This document shows positions 47,129-53,517 of a stretch of 64,000 nucleotides of DNA, in pieces; position 1 is the stretch's first letter; every line of letters starts with the position of its first letter. A program made the position numbers and the translations under genes. The stretch spans positions 71,601 through 135,600 of the forward strand of contig JBAZJR010000001.1 of NCBI GenBank assembly GCA_041651195.1. The letters are read 5' to 3'. The notes under the pieces are model-generated. The model did not search any database and was not told the origin of the DNA. It saw only the letters and a list, made by a program, of their open reading frames with translations. This stretch comes from Patescibacteria group bacterium. Lineage in GTDB: Bacteria > Patescibacteriota > Patescibacteriia > Patescibacteriales > UBA12465.

Positions 47129-48667
47129 ATGGCTTCTCTAATAACTCTAAGCTCTATCAAATCGCAGAAATGGTACCGCCAACAGACGGAAGCTACGCCT
47201 TATTTCATCTATCTGGCTTGTCGCGGCTGCGTCGCTTATTTTAAAAGTCAGGATAAGGTCCTCTGGTATTGCGATCCAGAAGAAGATCGGGCTTATTTGG
47301 AACAGAATTATATTCGGGCTTTAGCCGAGAAACATTTGGCTCAGGAAAAAAATCACTTAAATTTTTCTCAGCGCCTTCATGCGGAGTGGCTTAATAACAT
47401 ACAATTAAAAAATCAGCGCTTATTTTCTAAAATAAATCAGGTTGATGTTAGTCGGATTAGCGATGCCAAGCTTCTCAGTTTTAATCATTCCTTGGGACGG
47501 CAGTCATATGTCATGTGGCTTCGTTTCTTTATGGATATTTTTGATATTGATGCCGAGAGCCTGATTGAACAGGAGCTCATCAAAAAGCAGGTAAACCTGA
47601 CGGCTGATGAAAAGAATACCTTAACTATGCCCGAGAAACTGATGGTCAATCAAGATCAGGAATTGGCACTGCTCAAGATCGCCCGGTTTGTAAAAATTGA
47701 CGCTCAGTGTATCCATTTATTAAATCAGATCCAGACAGCAGACACGATTCATCGTTTGAGATTACAGCCGCGGTTATTATCGGAAATTGAGTCTTATATT
47801 AAAAAATACCATTGGATCAGGAATAGTTGGGCCCACACTTCTATCATTAGCGTGTTTGATGTCGTCGACCAAGTGAAGCAGATCGTTTCTGGGTCACGAG
47901 ATATTGTGAGCGAAATTAGGCAGCTGGAATCTTATGGGAAGAATTTGCGGAAGCAAAAAAAGGTAATCATTAAAAAACATCGTTTAGCCGGCTGGCTAGC
48001 TCGGATGTTCGAGATGTTCGCCTTAATGACTCTCTGGCGCGATGAGCGCAAAGCGCAGATGCAGCAATTGAATTACTATCTCCAGCTGGTCGGCACGGAA
48101 ATAGCCAAGCGCAGCCGACTAGATTGGGATAGCATTAAGGTTTATGATCCCTTAAGCGTCAAGACTATCCCTATAAAAGCTCAAGATTTAGTTCGTCGCG
48201 CCAAGTTATTAAAAAATAATAAATTAATGTATTGGGACGGACAGGCTGTCCGTCACCTTGATTTCCAAACCAGTAAAAGATTCGTGCCTGCCCTGGAAGA
48301 CACCTTTTCCGTCCAGATGACAGAAGTCCGCGGACTGATCGCCTGTCCGGGTAAGGTCAAGGGGGAAGTGGTTGTAATTAATAAGAAAAGTGAATTCAGT
48401 AAGATGATGCCGGGTAAGATTCTGGTGACGACCATGACCCGGCCGGACTACTTGCCTTTAATGAAACAGGCGGCCGCTGTCGTGACCGATGAAGGCGGGA
48501 TCACCTCGCATGCCGCGATCGTTTCCCGGGAACTAAAGATCCCCTGCATCATCGGCACCCAGGTCGCCACTAAAGTTTTAAAAGATGGTTACCAGGTAGA
48601 AGTTAATGCTAACCATGGAGTCGTTTTAGTCTTAGAAAGGGCGAATAAAAGCTATAATAAAAATTAG
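47129..48667 (+). CDS. Swivel phosphohistidine domain protein, paralogue 10 of 10
   Basis: C-terminus: GLIACPGKVKGEV...GKILVTTMTRPDYLPLMKQAAAVVTDEGGITSHAAIVSRELKIPCIIGT. His codon at 48509-48511. N-terminal motifs: SQKWYRQ, KKYHWIRNSWAH and LWRDERKA. Confidence 0.85.
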   Translation: MASLITLSSIKSQKWYRQQTEATPYFIYLACRGCVAYFKSQDKVLWYCDPEEDRAYLEQNYIRALAEKHLAQEKNHLNFSQRLHAEWLNNIQLKNQRLFSKINQVDVSRISDAKLLSFNHSLGRQSYVMWLRFFMDIFDIDAESLIEQELIKKQVNLTADEKNTLTMPEKLMVNQDQELALLKIARFVKIDAQCIHLLNQIQTADTIHRLRLQPRLLSEIESYIKKYHWIRNSWAHTSIISVFDVVDQVKQIVSGSRDIVSEIRQLESYGKNLRKQKKVIIKKHRLAGWLARMFEMFALMTLWRDERKAQMQQLNYYLQLVGTEIAKRSRLDWDSIKVYDPLSVKTIPIKAQDLVRRAKLLKNNKLMYWDGQAVRHLDFQTSKRFVPALEDTFSVQMTEVRGLIACPGKVKGEVVVINKKSEFSKMMPGKILVTTMTRPDYLPLMKQAAAVVTDEGGITSHAAIVSRELKIPCIIGTQVATKVLKDGYQVEVNANHGVVLVLERANKSYNKN

Positions 48668-48678
48668 ACTAGTATTAG

Positions 48679-48707
48679 TTGATATTTTCACTAAAAATTT
48701 ATATAAT
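48679..48707 (+). promoter_or_regulatory. Internal sigma-70-like promoter candidate
   Basis: TTGATA (48679-48684), a 17-nt spacer, then a consensus TATAAT (48702-48707), 19 nt upstream of the ATG at 48727. Confidence 0.5.
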
Positions 48708-48726
48708 ACCCTAATAATTTACAAAT

Positions 48727-49689
48727 ATGCTAGGAGAATTATTTGAAACGCCAGATGCAAAAAACCTAAATAATGATGATCCGGTTGAACAGATTTTCCA
48801 TTCTGGCTCTGTGGCTAAAAACAGTAGAGAATTGGCCTATACGGATAAATTTGCTAATTTTATCCAAACTCATCCGGATTTTTTACTTAAGACGAAAAAA
48901 GCGGCTGACGCTTTGTTCGATTTACCGGTTGATCAACCGGTTCCCATCCAAGAGTTAGATAACGTCAAGATAGAATATATCGACTGGCATGGTAAAGCAG
49001 AAAGGAAATACTATAAGGTCACGGCTGATGATGGTCAAGAATTCTTCCTTAAAGTTGGAGTTTTATCTAATAAGAACAGCATCCACGACGAGAATAGTGC
49101 GGAAGATCTCCTGTCTATGCAAAAAGTTAAAGAAGCTTTATGTGGATTCACGGCTTTCAAGGTCAGCGCTATTGACTACCAGATCGGCTATAAAGATAAT
49201 AAACGCACCTATTCTTTAGCCTCTTTCGACGAACGAACGAGAAATTCGATCGGTAAACAGATGAATAATCTAAATGATAAAATATACAAAGAAAATAATC
49301 AGAATTTCGTGATACAGAGGTTACTAAAATTATCAAGAACCAGATATGATCTTAGAAAACTATATTATGCGAGCCTCTACTTACCATCGGTTCGTACACG
49401 GACAGCTGAAATTGTCCCACGGCTAGAAGAAATAGAAAAGGAAATAGAGACGGTGAAAAATCAGATATATGAAGCTGCTTCTGGTCATGACACCATTGAA
49501 ATTGTTGATTCAGTATTGGCTAGAGATGAATTATCGTCAAAATATCTCCACTTGCGCAGTTATCTTGACTCTCAAGAACTCGCCAATGACTTCCATGAGG
49601 ATCAAATGTCTTACGATAAATTGACAGATGAAGCCTTGGTTTTTGATATCAGAAAAGGTAGATATTTCGATATAGAAGATGCGTTTTAA
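48727..49689 (+). CDS. Hypothetical protein, tentatively protein-kinase-like / aminoglycoside-phosphotransferase-like fold
   Basis: 320 aa in an AT-rich gene. Weak kinase-like landmarks occur in order: KYYKVTADDGQEFFLKVG (beta-3 Lys-like), LLSMQKVKE (helix-C Glu-like), DFHEDQMSYD (HxD-like) and LVFDI (DFG-like Asp). This is speculative. Confidence 0.3.
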   Translation: MLGELFETPDAKNLNNDDPVEQIFHSGSVAKNSRELAYTDKFANFIQTHPDFLLKTKKAADALFDLPVDQPVPIQELDNVKIEYIDWHGKAERKYYKVTADDGQEFFLKVGVLSNKNSIHDENSAEDLLSMQKVKEALCGFTAFKVSAIDYQIGYKDNKRTYSLASFDERTRNSIGKQMNNLNDKIYKENNQNFVIQRLLKLSRTRYDLRKLYYASLYLPSVRTRTAEIVPRLEEIEKEIETVKNQIYEAASGHDTIEIVDSVLARDELSSKYLHLRSYLDSQELANDFHEDQMSYDKLTDEALVFDIRKGRYFDIEDAF

Positions 49690-49776
49690 AGTAGATTACA
49701 AACAGTTAGTAAGGACTGATAAAAAAGTAGAAAAGTATAATTTTTTGGATAGGCTCTGCAATAAAAATTAAAATAT

Positions 49777-50718
49777 ATGTTTTTCATCAAATTTTTTAAA
49801 GACATCACTAAAAAAAACGTTGCCGAAGCCGGCGGCAAAGGTGCTTCGCTCGGCGAAATGACGGGCGCCAAGATCCCGGTCCCGCCCGGCTTTGTGATCT
49901 TAGCCGACGCTTTCTATCGTTTTCTGGAAGAGACTGACCTGACTCAGGCCGTTCAAGCGGTTTTAGATAAGGTCAATTATAAGGACATCAATGCTGTCGA
50001 CGGTGCCTCTGTTCAGATCCGGGATATGATCCTTAAGGCGTCGATGCCGAAAGATTTGGAAAAAGATATCAAGACTGATTTTAAGAAATTAAAGACAAAA
50101 TTCGTCGCTGTCCGCTCAAGCGCGACCGCGGAAGATTCTTCGTCCGCTTCCTGGGCCGGGGAATTGGAAACTTATCTGAACACGACTGAAAAAACTCTCT
50201 TGCTCAATGTCAAGAAATGCTGGTCTTCGCTTTTTACGCCGCGCGCCATTTTTTATCGTCATGAGAAAAAATTATTAAAGACTAAAGTCGGCGTCGCGGT
50301 CGTAGTCCAGGAAATGGTCGCCTCGGAAATTTCTGGTATCGCCTTTACGGTCCATCCGGTCACCCAGGATAAGAACCAGATGATCATCGAGGCTGGCTAT
50401 GGCTTAGGCGAAGCGATCGTTTCGGGTTCGATCACGCCGGATTCTTATGTCCTGGACAAGCGTGATTACTCGTTCATCGATATCAACGTGGCGAACCAGG
50501 AAAGGCAGATTATCAAAGGAGCATCGGGCGGCGTCAAATGGGCGCCGGTCGCGCGCGCCAGCCGGGAAAAGCAGAAATTGACCGGGCGGCAGATAGTAGA
50601 ATTAGCTAAGATCTGCCTGGGCATCGAGAAGCATTATAAGTTCCCCTGCGATATAGAATGGGCCTATGTTAAGGGGAAATTCTATATTACCCAGAGCCGG
50701 CCGATCACCACTCTCTGA
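49777..50718 (+). CDS. Stand-alone PEP/pyruvate-binding-type ATP-grasp (PPDK_N) nucleotide-binding domain protein
   Basis: 313 aa. KNVAEAGGKGASLGEMTGAKIPVPPGFVI is the signature start of the PPDK_N domain of PEP synthase, PPDK and rifampin phosphotransferase. VAVRSSATAEDSSSASWAGELETYLN, VAVVVQEMV and DIEWAYVKGKFYITQSRPITTL complete the domain. The ORF stops exactly where those enzymes continue into other domains. Confidence 0.85.
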   Translation: MFFIKFFKDITKKNVAEAGGKGASLGEMTGAKIPVPPGFVILADAFYRFLEETDLTQAVQAVLDKVNYKDINAVDGASVQIRDMILKASMPKDLEKDIKTDFKKLKTKFVAVRSSATAEDSSSASWAGELETYLNTTEKTLLLNVKKCWSSLFTPRAIFYRHEKKLLKTKVGVAVVVQEMVASEISGIAFTVHPVTQDKNQMIIEAGYGLGEAIVSGSITPDSYVLDKRDYSFIDINVANQERQIIKGASGGVKWAPVARASREKQKLTGRQIVELAKICLGIEKHYKFPCDIEWAYVKGKFYITQSRPITTL

Positions 50719-50839
50719 TCGTCTGGAGCGAGCGTTGTTAGAGCCGCTAAATCTACTTCCTCTCCCCAGTAAAATATGCTAAAATACAAAAAGAATAGCC
50801 TTCTTTATTTTTTCTGGTTTTTTTGATATTTAGCGCCCA

Positions 50840-52366
50840 ATGTTCGATTACTTGCAACAATTCAATAGCTTATCCAAAGATCTGCGCGACCGGATTTCTT
50901 CGCCGTCCGTGATGGCGGCGGTAACGGAATTGGAAGGTAAATATAAGGTGGATCTAGCGATGACGGTGATGAAAGTTATGATTAAGAGCCTTACCGTCAA
51001 GGATCTGCCGTCTTTTTTTATCAGTGACGCTAACTTATCTCAGGTAACGGCGGAAAGTTTGGCGCGTGAACTGAAAGAAAAAGTATTTTCTGTCGTTGCC
51101 GATCATTTAGGGCTCACGGCTGAGATACGTGCCTTGGACTTGGATCGAGATATCGCGGCTTTGATCCGGGAGGCCGGCTTATCCCTGGCCAGCGATAATC
51201 TGGTCAGCCGTTTAAAAAATATCTTAGCGACCTATCTGCGGGGAGTGCGGAGCAAAATAGACACCCGTAATTCTTTAGCCAAAGACGTTAAGGTCGGCGG
51301 TTTGAATCTGAGTCCGACGGAAATCGATCGCGTCCTGCAGATCTGTGATAGCGGCAAATTGCAGTCCGCCGCCCAGGCTTCTCCCGCTCCGCAATCGAAA
51401 CCCGCAGCGTTTACGCTGCCTCCGGAAGAATATGACTTGAAGCGCGCTTTGTCGAGCGGCCAAGTCAAGCCTGTCGTCAAGACCGAATCCGACCATAAGC
51501 CCGAATCTAGCCGCCAGACCGAACCCGGCCGAAAGATAGAGCCTAGCTATCCGGCCGGATCACCAGCGAAAGGCCAGAAAATGTCATCTGATAAATTAGA
51601 TACTGCTCATGAGATAAGCGCTCCGAAAGACCAGTTAGACTTAGCAGCGCCGATTCCGCCGCTGGAATTAAAAGCGCCTACTAGAACTCAGGCATTCGAG
51701 ACAGCGAAAACCCCAGATGCGCCGAAGGCTCCGGAAACAGCTAAGGTCTCGGACGCGTCGAAGGCTTCAGAGACGGCGAAGGTTTTAGAGACGGCGAAAG
51801 CTCCGGTTATTTCTAAGACCACGCCTGTCGCGCCTGTTCCGTCTGCCACCCAGATAGCCCAGATAAACCAAGCTTTGGCGCCTTCTAAATCTCCAGTCTT
51901 GAGTCCATCGCCCAAAGTTGCTGCGCAGACGGCTCAGCCGCTGAAGCCGAATATCGTCCAGCGTCCCGCCGCGATCCGGCGTCCGGTTGTCGCCCCGACG
52001 GCCGCTAAGCCGCGGATGCATGATATCAAGCCGGTGCCCAAGGTGATGGGGCCGATCGAGGAATTGCAATTTTTGGATCCCGTCAATTTCCGGCGCCTAG
52101 GCAAGACTCCGGCGGAAACGACGGCAAAGATATTCGCTAAGATCAAATTGTTGGAAAAAGACGGGTATGATAAAATGGTCGCAGGCGTCCGTGCTTGGCG
52201 GCAGAGTCCGGTCAACCGCTTGTATTTGCGCTTAGGGCAGGAAGCGATTGCCAAAGGAATAACCCTGAAAGACGCGGTGGCCGCCCGCCAAGGCGCTAGC
52301 CAGGAATATTTGAGCCTGGAAGAGGTCGAGGCGGTTTTAAATTTGAATAGCAAGCTAGTCTTTTGA
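50840..52366 (+). CDS. Hypothetical protein with central Pro/Ala/Lys-rich ETAK repeat region (first gene of second T4SS-like half-locus)
   Basis: 508 aa. Imperfect tandem repeats FETAKTPDAPKAPETAKVSDASKASETAKVLETAKAPV lie at about 51695-51806, within a long low-complexity P/A/K/S segment. The stop abuts the PrgI-like gene. Confidence 0.6.
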   Translation: MFDYLQQFNSLSKDLRDRISSPSVMAAVTELEGKYKVDLAMTVMKVMIKSLTVKDLPSFFISDANLSQVTAESLARELKEKVFSVVADHLGLTAEIRALDLDRDIAALIREAGLSLASDNLVSRLKNILATYLRGVRSKIDTRNSLAKDVKVGGLNLSPTEIDRVLQICDSGKLQSAAQASPAPQSKPAAFTLPPEEYDLKRALSSGQVKPVVKTESDHKPESSRQTEPGRKIEPSYPAGSPAKGQKMSSDKLDTAHEISAPKDQLDLAAPIPPLELKAPTRTQAFETAKTPDAPKAPETAKVSDASKASETAKVLETAKAPVISKTTPVAPVPSATQIAQINQALAPSKSPVLSPSPKVAAQTAQPLKPNIVQRPAAIRRPVVAPTAAKPRMHDIKPVPKVMGPIEELQFLDPVNFRRLGKTPAETTAKIFAKIKLLEKDGYDKMVAGVRAWRQSPVNRLYLRLGQEAIAKGITLKDAVAARQGASQEYLSLEEVEAVLNLNSKLVF

Positions 52367-52368
52367 TT

Positions 52369-52788
52369 ATGCAGCAGTTTACCGTCCCCCAATTCATCGA
52401 CGTTGAGAGTCAGATCATCGGGCCGATTACGACCCGCCAATTTATAATTCTTTTGGTGGCGGCGATCATTATCGGGCTGAGCTATAAGCTCTTTGATTTC
52501 AGTTTATTCGTGACTGTCGCGGTCGTTGTCTTGGCGATCGCCGCGACTTTCGCCTTTGTTAAGATCAACGGTCGGCCGTTCCATCTTTTTGTGCTGAATA
52601 CCATCCAGACCTGGCGCCGTCCTGGCCTGCGCGTCTGGAATAATCAGGCCGTCATGAGCGAGCATACGGAGAAAACCGCCGCCGTAACGCCGTCTTACCA
52701 GCCAGCCGCGCCTAAAGTTTATAAAAAATCACGTTTAGCCGAATTAGCCCTCATTGTCGATACGAAGGGGCGCTATAAGGGAGAATAG
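52369..52788 (+). CDS. PrgI/TcpE-like (VirB3-analogue) small membrane protein
   Basis: The ATG at 52369 is preferred. MQQFTVPQFIDVESQIIGPITTRQFIILLVAAIIIGLSY is followed by a second TM (FSLFVTVAVVVLAIAATFAF). This is the pattern of PrgI-family proteins that sit upstream of VirB4 in Gram-positive-type T4SS. Confidence 0.6.
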   Translation: MQQFTVPQFIDVESQIIGPITTRQFIILLVAAIIIGLSYKLFDFSLFVTVAVVVLAIAATFAFVKINGRPFHLFVLNTIQTWRRPGLRVWNNQAVMSEHTEKTAAVTPSYQPAAPKVYKKSRLAELALIVDTKGRYKGE

Positions 52789-52789
52789 T

Positions 52790-53470
52790 ATGGCGAAAAA
52801 AAACCTGGCTAAAAATAAGATCGGCAGCTTTACCCAGCAGTATCTGAACATCGCCGAGATCAAGGATAATACCGTCGTGATGAAGGATGGGACTTTGCGC
52901 GTGGTCTTATTGGTGTCCAGCATAAATTTCGCGCTCAAGAGCGAAGACGAGCAGAACGCCGTGATCGATTCATATATCCGCTTCCTGAACAATATCAGCT
53001 TCACGGTCCAGATCGTCATCCAGTCGCGCGAATTAAATATCGATAACTATTTGCAATATCTGAAGGAGAAGGAGAAAGAGCAGACTAATAAGCTCCTGAA
53101 AGTGCAGACGGCCGACTATATCGAGTATATCCGGGAGCTGACCTCTCTAGGCAAGATCATGAATAAGCGTTTTTATGTCATCGTGCCCTATGATCCGCTT
53201 ACTGACAAGCATAAGGGCTTTTTCTCTTTGCTCGGCGAAGCGATGCGCCCGGCGACCATCATCAAGCTGAAAGAGAAGACTTTCAAGAATTATCAAGAGA
53301 TGATGGAGCGCCGCGTGGAGAGCGTCGCCGGCGGGCTGGAATCGATGGGCGTCGCCGTCGCGCGTCTGGATACGCAGAGTTTGATTGAATTATATTATAA
53401 GACCTATAATCCGGAGACTTCGCCTAATCAGGATCTGGCGGATCTCGACAAGATCCGGGTGGAGAGATAG
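52790..53470 (+). CDS. VirB4 N-terminal-domain-like protein (separate ORF)
   Basis: The ATG at 52790 is preceded by AAGGGAGA. FTQQYLNIAEIKDNTVVMKDGTLRVVLLVSSINFALKSEDEQNAVIDSYIRFLNNISFTVQIVIQS resembles the extreme N-terminus of TcpF/PrgJ/VirB4-type ATPases. Confidence 0.5.
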   Translation: MAKKNLAKNKIGSFTQQYLNIAEIKDNTVVMKDGTLRVVLLVSSINFALKSEDEQNAVIDSYIRFLNNISFTVQIVIQSRELNIDNYLQYLKEKEKEQTNKLLKVQTADYIEYIRELTSLGKIMNKRFYVIVPYDPLTDKHKGFFSLLGEAMRPATIIKLKEKTFKNYQEMMERRVESVAGGLESMGVAVARLDTQSLIELYYKTYNPETSPNQDLADLDKIRVER

Positions 53471-53517
53471 ACGCTCGCTGCGGCAAATTGCCGCCAGAGC
53501 GAAGAATAAAATTCATT

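Noticed and set aside
31040-48667. Annotating the ten swivel-domain ORFs as phosphoenolpyruvate synthase (ppsA) or PPDK genes
   Set aside because: They contain only the ~100-aa phosphohistidine swivel domain at the C-terminus. The PPDK_N ATP-grasp and the C-terminal PEP/pyruvate TIM-barrel are absent. The N-terminal ~370 aa share their own motif set, so calling them PpsA would be an over-annotation.
51934-52440. 168-aa minus-strand ORF, plus several 70-95-aa ORFs at 51232-52069
   Set aside because: They lie antisense to the low-complexity P/A/K region of the 508-aa plus-strand gene. The repetitive GC-rich coding sequence keeps the opposite frames open by chance.
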